Counted from the stretch's first letter, positions 47,466-57,617 are shown. The stretch is 64,000 nt of DNA from Ignavibacteria bacterium (GCA_038225955.1 JBBRQV010000001.1:6266-70265), one strand, 5' to 3'. The notes: generated by a model not told the origin, from the letters alone. Program-made: numbers and translations.

Positions 47466-50400
47466 TTAACTATTAATTGTGAGTAATTCTTCTTTAGTGC
47501 TTTCAAAAGTTCTTTCAAGCTCTTTTATTAAATACATTAAACCCGGAGTATCCGTTTCTTTTATTTTCATTTCAATTTGTCTGCAAAGGTCTGCAATATC
47601 TCGTGCACCTAAATTTAAACTTGAACCTTTAAGACTATGAGTATCAAGATTTACTTTATTAAAATTACTTTTCGCGCAGTTATCTTTTATGCTTAGAATT
47701 AAATCTTCCGATTGGTCAATATAAAGTTTCACCATCTCATCTAAAAACGCCTGGTCACCGATTTCCTTTAATCCATTTACAACATCCATATCAAGGAAAG
47801 TCTTGCTGAATCTCATCTTACGCATTTCTCTCTCGGCACGGATTTCTTTTCCCCATTTGATAAGCGCCTTCTGCACTTCTTCAATAAGAATCGGTTTTCC
47901 AATATAGTCGTTCATTCCTGCTTCCAGACAAATTTCCCTATCACCCTGCATAACATTTGCAGTCATTGCAATTATTTTCGGGCGTAGTTCAAGCTTTCTG
48001 TTTTTCAAAATATGCCTGGTTGCCTCAAGTCCGTCCATCTCCGGCATTTGAATATCCATAAATACGATTTCATAATGCTGCCGGTTCAACGCTTCAAGTA
48101 CTTCAAGACCGTTACTTGCTACATCGGAAGAGTACCCCATTTGCTGAAGTAATCTTACAGCGAGTTTCTGATTTATTAAATTATCCTCCGCCACTAAAAT
48201 TTTCAATGGAAGCTTTTCAGCAAGTTTTTTATCGAGCTTATTTTCAGTATGCTCCCTGCCAAATGATATTGCCGAGTTAGTTAAAACTTTTACAAGAACA
48301 TTAAATAGCTCATTTTTTTTAATTGGTTTGGAAATATACTCTGCAAAAATATTGTCTGCCGGCTCTTTATACTCGCGTAAGTTTCCTACCGAAGTCAGCA
48401 TAATCATAGGGAGACTTTCACGGGATTTTATTTCTTTTATTTTTTTTCCAAGCTCAAGTCCATCCATATCGGGCATAAGCATATCAAGAATTGCAAGATC
48501 AAATATCTTGTCTGTCTTTAGCACTTCAAGGACTTCTGTTCCCGTTTCATATGCTTCAGATACCATTCCCCATGATTTCGCCTGCTGGCTAAGAATATTT
48601 CTATTGGTTTTATTATCATCAACAATTAATATTCTTTTGTTTTTTATTTCGGGAATGTGTCCGCTTTGGTACAGCTTTGTTATCTGCTGCTTAGAGGCTT
48701 TCACATCAATTTCAAAATGAAAAGTTGAGCCTTTGCCAAACTCACTCTCTACCCATATTCTTCCGTTCATCAATTCAACAAGTTTCGTACTGATTGCTAA
48801 ACCTAATCCTGTTCCGCCGTATCTTCGTGTAGTAGATGAATCTGCCTGTGAAAACGCTTCAAAAATTTTCTTTTTCTTCTCATCATGAATTCCTATACCG
48901 GTATCTTTTACAGAGAACGCAAGTGTTAAATTATCGCCTTCTCGTTTTTTCATATCAACTGAAGTAAAAACTTCGCCGAAATCCGTAAACTTAATTGCAT
49001 TTGAAACTAAGTTACCGAGTATCTGTCTGAGCCTTGTAATATCGCCAACGATGATGTGCGGAATTTGTGAATCAATCTGATAAAGCAGGTCAAGTCTCTT
49101 TGCTAATGCGCGCGGTCCCATTAAATCGTAAACATCTTCAACGCATGCGCTAAGTTCAAACGGCTGCTCTTCAAGTGTTAACCGCTCTGATTCTATTTTT
49201 GAGAAATCAAGAATATCATTTATGATTGTAAGGAGATGGTCGCCGCTAAGTCTTATTGTATCGGCAAATTCTCTTTGCTCTTCAGTCAGTTCGGTTTCCA
49301 TAAGTAAGCCTGACATACCAATAACTGCATTCATCGGAGTACGTATTTCGTGACTCATCGTTGCTAAAAATTCCGCCTTTGTCTTCAAAGCATTTTCGGC
49401 TTCTTTTCTTGCGTTGATAATCTCTTCTTCGTTCTTCTTTCGCTCTGAAATATCCGTCAATGTGCCAAGAAATCTTACGGCAACACCTTTTTCATTTCTG
49501 AAACATTTGCCTTTGGATTCTACCCAAATCCACTCACTGTTTTTATGTTTTATCCTATGTAAATTTACAAATACATCCGTCTTTCCCTCGATATGGTCTT
49601 GCAAATCTTTATAGAGTTTTTCCCTTTCATCAGGGTGAACAGAATCAAACCAAAATTTTCGAAATTCTTGAATTTCACTCTTATCGTATCCTGTTATTTC
49701 CAGAAATGCTTTCGATAAAAAAATATCATCTATCGTTAAATCCCAGTCCCATATACCATCCTTAATTGCTGTTATGGCTAAATTATATCTCTCCTGATTT
49801 TTCTTAAACTCCTCTTCTTTTTTTCTTATTTCGGTAACATCAATACACAATTGATTTATACACTGCAACTCTCCATTATTGTTATATTCAGCATAGAGAA
49901 AAGTATCGAGCCAGACAATCTGATTTACTTTATTTATTATTCTATAATCTACACGCAAGTTAGTTTTAAAATTATCAATCTTCCATTTTTTATATTCTTC
50001 AATTACCTTCTCTGCATCATCAGGATGAATAATATGGCGAAGTTCATCTGGAGTGAGGCTATCAAAATCTTCCATTTCATAACCTGTCTGTCTTACAAAT
50101 TCCCTGTTTACAAATTCGTATTTATTAGTTTCTATATTGAATCGCGTTACCGCTATTGGCTGGTTATCAGCGAGATTGCGATACTTATCTTCGCTCTTTT
50201 TTAATGCTTCGGCAAATACTTTATGCTCTGTAATATCTTCGTATGTGATTACAATACCATTGTTGATTTTTCCTGCTCTCATTCTGAACCATTTGGATAT
50301 TCCATCATGATCATAAAAATGCTCGAGATCCAGAGGCACACCTGTCTCAGCTACTTTAACAAATTTATCAAACAACCCATCGGTTTTGCATCCGGGATAC

Positions 50401-50615
50401 TCCTCTGCTAGGCGTTTGCCAATCAAATATTCTTTGGTTCTCCCTGACATTTGCTCTGTAGCAGAGTTTACTATCACCTTTTCAAAATCAATTATCTCAC
50501 CCTTTTTATCGAGAACGGATTTATACACACCAATGGCGATGGAAAGGCTCTCTAAAACTGCAGGTAATACAGAATTAGCATCTATTGTTTCGATATTATT
50601 GGAATTTTTGGACAT
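47466..50615 (-). CDS. Hybrid sensor histidine kinase/response regulator (PAS x3, HisKA, HATPase, REC x2, HPt)
   Basis: H-box SHEIRTPMN, G-boxes DTGIGI/GGTGLGLAIS, two receivers (ILDMLMPDMDG, FMDIQMPEMDG), HPt HSLKGSS. Confidence 0.9.
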   Translation of the reverse strand: MSKNSNNIETIDANSVLPAVLESLSIAIGVYKSVLDKKGEIIDFEKVIVNSATEQMSGRTKEYLIGKRLAEEYPGCKTDGLFDKFVKVAETGVPLDLEHFYDHDGISKWFRMRAGKINNGIVITYEDITEHKVFAEALKKSEDKYRNLADNQPIAVTRFNIETNKYEFVNREFVRQTGYEMEDFDSLTPDELRHIIHPDDAEKVIEEYKKWKIDNFKTNLRVDYRIINKVNQIVWLDTFLYAEYNNNGELQCINQLCIDVTEIRKKEEEFKKNQERYNLAITAIKDGIWDWDLTIDDIFLSKAFLEITGYDKSEIQEFRKFWFDSVHPDEREKLYKDLQDHIEGKTDVFVNLHRIKHKNSEWIWVESKGKCFRNEKGVAVRFLGTLTDISERKKNEEEIINARKEAENALKTKAEFLATMSHEIRTPMNAVIGMSGLLMETELTEEQREFADTIRLSGDHLLTIINDILDFSKIESERLTLEEQPFELSACVEDVYDLMGPRALAKRLDLLYQIDSQIPHIIVGDITRLRQILGNLVSNAIKFTDFGEVFTSVDMKKREGDNLTLAFSVKDTGIGIHDEKKKKIFEAFSQADSSTTRRYGGTGLGLAISTKLVELMNGRIWVESEFGKGSTFHFEIDVKASKQQITKLYQSGHIPEIKNKRILIVDDNKTNRNILSQQAKSWGMVSEAYETGTEVLEVLKTDKIFDLAILDMLMPDMDGLELGKKIKEIKSRESLPMIMLTSVGNLREYKEPADNIFAEYISKPIKKNELFNVLVKVLTNSAISFGREHTENKLDKKLAEKLPLKILVAEDNLINQKLAVRLLQQMGYSSDVASNGLEVLEALNRQHYEIVFMDIQMPEMDGLEATRHILKNRKLELRPKIIAMTANVMQGDREICLEAGMNDYIGKPILIEEVQKALIKWGKEIRAEREMRKMRFSKTFLDMDVVNGLKEIGDQAFLDEMVKLYIDQSEDLILSIKDNCAKSNFNKVNLDTHSLKGSSLNLGARDIADLCRQIEMKIKETDTPGLMYLIKELERTFESTKEELLTINS

Positions 50616-50707
50616 ATATAGTTTTTGTAATACAGGAAAAGGCAGACTAATCCACCGATATATCCAGGGGGAGATATAAACTCGTTATTCAATAAATTAT
50701 GTAAATA

Positions 50708-53700
50708 TTATTTTATAAAACATTCATAATAAATTCTATTTAATTTTTCCATAGGAGAGTTCATTTCCAAACGCTCTTCCAAGTTGGAAAAATCAATTTC
50801 ATCCAGATTCTGCTCCTGGCATTCGCAGGAATAAACATACTTTTCCTTGCCTGTTACAGGGTCGATATTTCTCTGCAAGCACTGCGCGCAAACATCTTTC
50901 ATCATACATTGCATAGGAGAATTAATACTTGCGATTGCATCGTGCCCGTTAAGATACTCTTTTAGAAAAGTCCTTCGCGCATCACGTAGAGCCTTCATCA
51001 TTTCAGGACTCCCGGCAGTGATAATCTTATTAATGTTTGTTAAATTCGTATTATTACTTACGTAGTTTTTTATTCCATCAATGATATTTCCTTTGAAGAA
51101 GGAATCACTCTCCCTGCCCGGATTTATATCACCTACTTCAGAGCACCAGATAACTTTATCGCTCGAGCTCTCTATAATATCTCTATCAAAAACATCTTCA
51201 TTATTTCTATAGCCGGCAAAGTAAAGAACATTATTGTTCTGCTCTTTTAATGCTTTTGCTATCGAGAGAAGAACTGCATTGCCTGAACCGCCGCCTGCTA
51301 TTAATACGTTTTGATTTTCGGGAATGTTCGACGGAGTTCCTGTCGGTCCCATTAAAAACACTTTCGCGCCTTGTTTTAAATTTCCAATCATAGAAGTAGA
51401 TACACCTTCCTCAATCACTACAAATTTTACTAAGCCTTTTTCTACATCAACACTTGTCGCTGCAAGAGCAACGCCTTCAAATGCTGTTGAAATACCATTC
51501 TTTTTTTCAGAGAGGACTTCGTAATTTTGTAATTTAAAGAACTGCCCGGCCTTGAATCTCTCCGCTCCGGATTTATTTTTAATCACAAGCTCAATCGTTC
51601 TGTCGTTTAGTCTTTTAACAGAGTGAACCGCAGATAAAAATGCCGCGTTGGTAATTTCAAAAAATTCATTTGATAAACTATACTTTCCTTCTTCATTGGA
51701 TAACAACTCTATTACATCTCTCGCGCCTTTTTTTGCCGATGCCATTGCCTTTACTACACTGCCGACGTACTTCGGATGATTATCTCCATAGAAGGAAATA
51801 TATTTTCCGTTCTTATTATACGATGTAAAAAATGCATCATCTTTTTTCGTTGCGGGCTCAAGTTCAAAATTCCCTGCTTCATTTTTGTTCAAACTAAACG
51901 ATTTAAAATACTGCTTCCACTCATCAAGTTCGAATGTATCGGGATATTCTTTTTCATAGATGGAATTTGGTGATGTCCCTGCCGCTACCTGTACAGTTCT
52001 TGCCGGGAGCTCAATAAACTCACCGCTGTTTTTATGTTTTACTTTTCCGTTCTCGTCAGTTTCAACTGTCTGCTTTTCAAAAACTACTTTCTCAGCTCTG
52101 CCGTATTTATCTTTTATAATTTCTACAGGAGATAAATTCTCTATGAAATAAACTCCCTGCTCTAATGCTTCTTTTATTTCTTCATGGTTGCCTCTGTACG
52201 CTGGGGAGTCCTGCATTCTTTTTCTGTAAACTAATGAAACTCCGCCGAACTTCCTTATTAAATTTATGTAATTTGTTTTCCTGTCCTCAAGCTTTGCAAG
52301 CTCTTCTTCACTTCTTACTTCTCTTCCATGCTCGATGAAGGTTTTTATTATATCTTTGTCCTCTTCCTTAAACTCACTCCAGAAATATTCTTCGCCTTTC
52401 AGCACTGAAATTTTTTCATATCTATCTAATACTCTTTTCACCTGCACAGTATAATACGCCGCTGTTTCAGCTGTAGTATCTATTGCTGTCAATCCCCCGC
52501 CGATAATTACTGCAGGCAGTTGAATCATTGTGCTTGTTAAGTTATCATCCTTGCTTGCTCCTGTAAGCTGAAGCGACATTAAGTAATCCGTAGATTTCCT
52601 CACACCTTTTGCAAGATTATTTTTCATGTTTACGATTGTCGGAGTGCCTGCACCTGCAGCGAGTCCTATATGGTCAAAGCCCATTGCCCATGCATCATCA
52701 ATTGTAAGCGAGCTTCCTAGTCTCACGCCGTCATATAATCTGAAATTATTTCTGCGCGCAAGATTTACATAAATCATTGAAAGAAAATTTTTATCCCAAC
52801 GGACAGTAATGCCATACTCAGTTACGCCGCCAAAACCCTGCAGAATTCTTTTATCAAGTTCCTGCTGAATTTCAGTTGCAAAATCTTTTACTGCCTTCGG
52901 CTCAGTCCGTTCATTGGTCAACGGATTTATACCCGTGTACTCACCGAAAAGCGGCTCTATTTTTAATCCGTCAATTGCACTAATTCCGTAGCCCGCATTC
53001 AATAAATGATGCGAAAGCGTATAACCTGCCGGACCCATACCCACAACTAAAACATTTTTGCCGTTATAATCTAACGCATAGGGGCGTTTAATATTTATGG
53101 GATTCCAACGTGTAAGCAGCGTATATATTTCAAAACCATAAGGAAGATTTACAACGTCTCTGAGGGTATTCGTCTCTGTTTGAGGAATATTAACGGGTTC
53201 CTGTTTTTGGTAAATACAGCCCTTCATGCAGTCATTGCAAATTCTATGCCCCGTTCCCGGACACATAGGATTATCAATAGCAATTATAGCTAATGCAGAA
53301 AGCGGGAATCCACTTTTTCTCAATAAATGAAACTCAGAAATCTTTTCGTCTAAAGGACAGCCGGTAAGTTCTATTCCTAATGCATTGGATTTCAACACTC
53401 CAAATCTGTCCTTTAATCCTTTTGAGCATGAATCTTTATCTCTATCGTGACAATACATACAGTAATCGACCTGATTTAAAATCTGCCGCTCAGTCATAGG
53501 GTGGTCGTGCAGTTCAAATCCATTCCTTTGAAGAAAATGTTCTTCAGCTCCTTCAAATTTTTCAGGGAAATCCGGTTCCGGAATTTCAACGTGAACGAGA
53601 TGTTCAAAATCTAATTTCTCAGGCTCGAAGTATGATACCCATTTTGCAGCGGATTTATCATAGCTTCGTTTGGCGAAAACCCATTCCATAACTTTTTCCA

Positions 53701-54358
53701 TCAGGAATTTTATATTACCGTATTCGAATGTGGCTTCAGCGGCATCTATTCCGCTTTGGTTTTTTATCTCTGATATAAGCGTAGCTGCTAATGTTTTTGA
53801 CTCTTCAGGAATCTGGAAATTTTCCGGAGCGAATTTATCGCCTTCGTAAAACCATCTGTAATTTTTTTCTAGCTCGGCCAATTCGTTTACAAACCGCGCC
53901 GTGTATTTTTCTTCGTCAACATTAAAATCTAATTTACCTGCAAAGAGTAATTTTATTTTTGAAATGAAAGCATCAAGCTCGAGCCAGTTTATTTTAGCAA
54001 GGTCTTCGGATTTGAATCTTCTGAATACCTTTCTTTGCACAAACTCTTTTTTGAACAGAAATATATCTTCGTTATACTTCGCCTCTTCAACGTGTTTTAA
54101 CAAATGCCCTTCGACAAGAAAAAGCTCGCCGAGAAAATCGGATAAATAAACGCTGGAATCCATTATCACTTCCGATGCCTGAATGTAAGTATAGCCTTCG
54201 CCTTGCGAATCGCGGTATTTTTTGAATTCTTCAAATTTCTCGGGACTCGCAGCTTCAAAAAATTTATAAAAATCCTCGCAAAGATTTTTAAGTTTTTCGC
54301 TGACAAACAAATCTGCAAAAGAATAGCCGAATTTGGGGTTTAAGATGTTTTCGTTCAT
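50708..54358 (-). CDS. 1216-aa fused flavoprotein: unknown N-domain + Fe-S/GltD-like NAD(P)H-FAD oxidoreductase + PyrK/FNR-like domain with a C-terminal Cys cluster
   Basis: Cys clusters CMYCHDRDKDSC and CPGTGHRICNDCMKGC. Dinucleotide folds VVGMGPAGY and IIGGGLTAID. FNR-like FKAGQFFKL..LIAGGGSGNA. C-terminal CMMKDVCAQC...SCEC. Confidence 0.75.
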   Translation of the reverse strand: MNENILNPKFGYSFADLFVSEKLKNLCEDFYKFFEAASPEKFEEFKKYRDSQGEGYTYIQASEVIMDSSVYLSDFLGELFLVEGHLLKHVEEAKYNEDIFLFKKEFVQRKVFRRFKSEDLAKINWLELDAFISKIKLLFAGKLDFNVDEEKYTARFVNELAELEKNYRWFYEGDKFAPENFQIPEESKTLAATLISEIKNQSGIDAAEATFEYGNIKFLMEKVMEWVFAKRSYDKSAAKWVSYFEPEKLDFEHLVHVEIPEPDFPEKFEGAEEHFLQRNGFELHDHPMTERQILNQVDYCMYCHDRDKDSCSKGLKDRFGVLKSNALGIELTGCPLDEKISEFHLLRKSGFPLSALAIIAIDNPMCPGTGHRICNDCMKGCIYQKQEPVNIPQTETNTLRDVVNLPYGFEIYTLLTRWNPINIKRPYALDYNGKNVLVVGMGPAGYTLSHHLLNAGYGISAIDGLKIEPLFGEYTGINPLTNERTEPKAVKDFATEIQQELDKRILQGFGGVTEYGITVRWDKNFLSMIYVNLARRNNFRLYDGVRLGSSLTIDDAWAMGFDHIGLAAGAGTPTIVNMKNNLAKGVRKSTDYLMSLQLTGASKDDNLTSTMIQLPAVIIGGGLTAIDTTAETAAYYTVQVKRVLDRYEKISVLKGEEYFWSEFKEEDKDIIKTFIEHGREVRSEEELAKLEDRKTNYINLIRKFGGVSLVYRKRMQDSPAYRGNHEEIKEALEQGVYFIENLSPVEIIKDKYGRAEKVVFEKQTVETDENGKVKHKNSGEFIELPARTVQVAAGTSPNSIYEKEYPDTFELDEWKQYFKSFSLNKNEAGNFELEPATKKDDAFFTSYNKNGKYISFYGDNHPKYVGSVVKAMASAKKGARDVIELLSNEEGKYSLSNEFFEITNAAFLSAVHSVKRLNDRTIELVIKNKSGAERFKAGQFFKLQNYEVLSEKKNGISTAFEGVALAATSVDVEKGLVKFVVIEEGVSTSMIGNLKQGAKVFLMGPTGTPSNIPENQNVLIAGGGSGNAVLLSIAKALKEQNNNVLYFAGYRNNEDVFDRDIIESSSDKVIWCSEVGDINPGRESDSFFKGNIIDGIKNYVSNNTNLTNINKIITAGSPEMMKALRDARRTFLKEYLNGHDAIASINSPMQCMMKDVCAQCLQRNIDPVTGKEKYVYSCECQEQNLDEIDFSNLEERLEMNSPMEKLNRIYYECFIK

Positions 54359-54537
54359 TTCCTCATTTTACAATAAAAACAATTAACCGTAAATATAATT
54401 TTAAATTTATTAAATAAGAATTTATTAATTTTTTGCACTTATTTTGCAGAGAGGAAACGCTGAAATAAAGTATTTATTTATAAAATAATTTTCGTTATAC
54501 TCAATATTCAACTAAAAACAACAACATTTTAATTATT

Positions 54538-56001
54538 ATGGAAAAGATTAAATATTCCGAGGTAAAGAATTTTATTGACGGAAAGTTCACTTCTAACGGG
54601 CAGGCAAGAATGGACATACTTTCACCTATTAATGGTGAAGTTATTTCAAAAGTTCTTCTATCAAAAAGAAATGATTTAGACGCAGCAGTAGAATCCGCCA
54701 AAAAGGCATTTCCTGCCTGGTCAGCCACACCTATAAAAGAAAGAGTACAGATTTTCTACAGATACAGAAGCCTCATGGAAAAACACATGGACGAGCTTGC
54801 TTACATTACACACTTAGAAAACGGAAAAACGCTCGGCGAGGCAAGAGCTGAAGTTGAAAAAAGCATCGAGCTTACAGAATTTGCATGCTCATTACCGCAG
54901 CTAATCGGCGGTGAAATTCTTGAAGTAAGTAAAGGTGTTGAGTGCAGAATTGACCACTCTCCATTAGGTGTTGTTGCTTCCATCGCTCCTTTTAATTTTC
55001 CACACATGGTGCCTCACTGGACGATTCCGAATGCAATCGCTCTAGGAAATTGTATGATCTTAAAACCATCAGAGCAGGTGCCGATTACTTCAAGCTACAT
55101 AGCTGATATGTTAAAAGAAGCAGGACTTCCTGACGGAGTGTTCAATGTTGTTAACGGTGATAAAGAAATCGTAGAAGCAATCTGCGACCATCCGGGAATT
55201 GCAGCGGTATCATTTGTAGGTTCAACTCACGTTGCAAAAATTGTTTATACACGTTCAACAGGAACATTAAAAAGATGCGTATCATTAGGCGGAGCAAAAA
55301 ATCACTTAATAGTAATGCCTGATGCAAATGTAGATATGACGGCATCAAACGTAGCTGCTTCAATGGCTGGCTGCGCAGGACAAAGATGTATGGCTGCCTC
55401 TGCAATGCTTGGCGTCGGACCGATTGACCACATTGTAACAAGATTAGTTGAAGAAGCAAAGAAAATAATTCCGGGGCAAAATCTTGGCTCGGTAATTTCA
55501 AAAGAAGCAAAAGAAAGAATCGAAAGATATATTACCGAAGCAGAAAAGGCCGGGGCAAAAGTTTTAGTTGACGGAAGAAATGCAGTCGTGCCGAATAACG
55601 AAGGCGGCTTCTATGTCGGACCTACGGTTATCGATTTTGTAAAACCTGAAATGGCAATTGCTAAAGAAGAAGTATTCGGACCTGTGATTGCAATTATCAG
55701 AACAGATACATTAGAAGAAGCAGTGAAAATCGAAAACAGCTCTAACTACGGAAACGCAGCATCTATCTTTACACAAAGCGGAAGTTTTGCAAGGTACGTG
55801 ATGGAGCATGCATCGGCAGGAATGATTGGCGTGAACATCGGAGTTCCGGTACCACGCGAACCGTTCTCCTTCGGCGGTTGGAACGAATCTAAATTCGGAA
55901 CAAGCGATATTACAGGAAAGAGTTCAATTGAATTCTGGACACAATTAAAAAAGACAAGCATTAAATGGAATGCTGAAGCGAAAACTAACTGGATGAGCTA
56001 A
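54538..56001 (+). CDS. mmsA: CoA-acylating (methyl)malonate-semialdehyde dehydrogenase
   Basis: ALDH fold with FNFP and catalytic AGQRCMA. Lacks the general-base Glu context, as in MmsA-type enzymes. Sits in the pyrimidine catabolism cluster. Confidence 0.8.
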   Translation: MEKIKYSEVKNFIDGKFTSNGQARMDILSPINGEVISKVLLSKRNDLDAAVESAKKAFPAWSATPIKERVQIFYRYRSLMEKHMDELAYITHLENGKTLGEARAEVEKSIELTEFACSLPQLIGGEILEVSKGVECRIDHSPLGVVASIAPFNFPHMVPHWTIPNAIALGNCMILKPSEQVPITSSYIADMLKEAGLPDGVFNVVNGDKEIVEAICDHPGIAAVSFVGSTHVAKIVYTRSTGTLKRCVSLGGAKNHLIVMPDANVDMTASNVAASMAGCAGQRCMAASAMLGVGPIDHIVTRLVEEAKKIIPGQNLGSVISKEAKERIERYITEAEKAGAKVLVDGRNAVVPNNEGGFYVGPTVIDFVKPEMAIAKEEVFGPVIAIIRTDTLEEAVKIENSSNYGNAASIFTQSGSFARYVMEHASAGMIGVNIGVPVPREPFSFGGWNESKFGTSDITGKSSIEFWTQLKKTSIKWNAEAKTNWMS

Positions 56002-56040
56002 TTCGTTTTTCGTTGCTCGTTGTTAGTTATCCGTTGTTAG
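56002..56040 (+). repeat. Heptad array TTCGTTT TTCGTTG CTCGTTG TTAGTTA TCCGTTG TTAG, starting right after the mmsA stop
   Basis: 7-nt periodicity read directly. Related to the array at 63868..63895. Confidence 0.8.
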
Positions 56041-56136
56041 AAAGAATTTATGATTGGATTCCCGCCTTCGCGGGAAGGACAACTAGAGACAGGATTTAAA
56101 AACCTGTCAGGTCAGTTTAAAACTTTAAATTATACA

Positions 56137-57486
56137 ATGTATCAAATCACACAAGATAAAAACGAAGTAATAGATAATAGTCTTAATTTTACTTTGACAT
56201 CATGGTCGAAGCAAAAGGGCGCGAAGCCGATGGCTATAAAAAGCGGTAAAGGAATTTTTATTTACGATTACGATGATAAAAGATATTTTGATTTCTCCTC
56301 GCAGTTGATATGCATTAACATCGGTCACGGACATCCGAAAGTTGCTGAAGCAGTTGCAAAGCAAATGTCGGAAATCAGTTACGTGTACCCGGGAATGGTT
56401 ACAGCAGCAAGAGGTGACCTCGGAAAAAAATTAGCAGAGATTGCGCCCGGTGATATGAACAAAGCGTTCTTCACACTCGGCGGAGCGGAAGCAGTTGAAA
56501 ATGCAATCAAGCTTGCAAGAGTTTTTACAGGAAGACATAAAATAGTTTCTTTCTATCAGTCATATCATGGAGCAACATACGCATCTGCCACTGCAGGCGG
56601 CGACCCGAGAAAACATGCGATAGATGCACAGCAGCCGGGAAATTTTGTTCACGTTGAAAATCCTTATTTCTACAGATGTCCGTGGAATAGTAAGACACCC
56701 GAAGAGTGTTCTGAAATGGCTGCAGCTCACATGGAAAGAGTTATTCAATACGAAGGACCGCAAACAGTTGCTGCAATTATGATGGAAGGCGAATCAGGTT
56801 CATCAGGATGTATAAAATATCCTGAAGGCTTTTGGAAAAAAGTTGAAGCAATTGCAAAAAGATACGGAATACTTTTAATTTCCGATGAAGTAATGAGCGG
56901 ATTTGGAAGAACAGGAAAATGGTTCGGTGTTGATAATCACGGAGTTGTGCCTGACATCTTAACTATGGCAAAAGGTCTTACATCAGCGTATCTTCCTATG
57001 GGAGGAATAATGGTGAGAGACGAAATTGCGAAGGCATTCGATGAAAAGCCGTTACCATTGGGACTAACTTATTCTGCTCACGCAGTTACATGCGCAGCAG
57101 CAAATGCAGTAATAGATGTTTATCAGGAAGAGAATTTAATTGAGAACGCTGCTAAGATGGGAAAATATATGGACGAGCAGGTCGCAAAATTAAAAGAGAA
57201 GCATCCTTGTATAGGTGATTTCAGAAATACAGGTTTACTTGGCTGTCTTGAACTTGTTAAAAATCGCGAGACAAAAGAACCGATGGCAAGATGGAATGCG
57301 CCGCCTAATGAAATGGAAGTAATGAATAAAATCATGGGGAAAATCGCCGAGCTTGGCATGTACACAATGGGAAGATGGAATATGGTTTTCATCGCTCCGC
57401 CGCTTTGTATAGATAAAGAACAAATTGATGAAGGTCTGGATATAATTTCCAAAGCTCTCACAATTGCAGATGAACATTGTAAATAA
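56137..57486 (+). CDS. Class III (omega) aminotransferase, probable beta-alanine:pyruvate/2-oxoglutarate transaminase
   Basis: SDEVMSGFGRTGKWFG and TMAKGLTSAY (PLP Lys). Start moved to the ATG at 56137, because the upstream part of the track ORF covers hairpin-rich spacer. Confidence 0.85.
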   Translation: MYQITQDKNEVIDNSLNFTLTSWSKQKGAKPMAIKSGKGIFIYDYDDKRYFDFSSQLICINIGHGHPKVAEAVAKQMSEISYVYPGMVTAARGDLGKKLAEIAPGDMNKAFFTLGGAEAVENAIKLARVFTGRHKIVSFYQSYHGATYASATAGGDPRKHAIDAQQPGNFVHVENPYFYRCPWNSKTPEECSEMAAAHMERVIQYEGPQTVAAIMMEGESGSSGCIKYPEGFWKKVEAIAKRYGILLISDEVMSGFGRTGKWFGVDNHGVVPDILTMAKGLTSAYLPMGGIMVRDEIAKAFDEKPLPLGLTYSAHAVTCAAANAVIDVYQEENLIENAAKMGKYMDEQVAKLKEKHPCIGDFRNTGLLGCLELVKNRETKEPMARWNAPPNEMEVMNKIMGKIAELGMYTMGRWNMVFIAPPLCIDKEQIDEGLDIISKALTIADEHCK

Positions 57487-57514
57487 TTTAAGAATAGGAT
57501 TTTACATTTTTACT

Positions 57515-57539
57515 TCCCCCTCCTTTATAAGGAGGGGGA
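57515..57539 (+). terminator. GC-rich hairpin after the aminotransferase gene (weak terminator or processing site)
   Basis: TCCCCCTCC-TTTATAA-GGAGGGGGA 9-bp stem with no T-run. A second hairpin TTAAGTT-ACACA-AACTTAA follows. Confidence 0.4.
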
Positions 57540-57617
57540 CTGAGGGGGCGGTTTAAGTTACACAAACTTAAGTTTTACGTTACGACACTGGAGCATCAGA
57601 ACGAGCAGAAAAATAAT

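Noticed and set aside
54433-54448. Sigma-54-like promoter TTGCAC-N5-TTGCA upstream of mmsA
   Set aside because: Spacing and the -12 element fit, but the near-invariant GG of the -24 element (TGGCAC) is TG here. No enhancer-binding protein gene is in the window.
56050-56136. N-terminal extension of the aminotransferase (MIGFPPSREGQLETGFKNLSGQFKTLNYT)
   Set aside because: It is encoded by the two spacer hairpins. The conserved aminotransferase sequence begins after the ATG at 56137.
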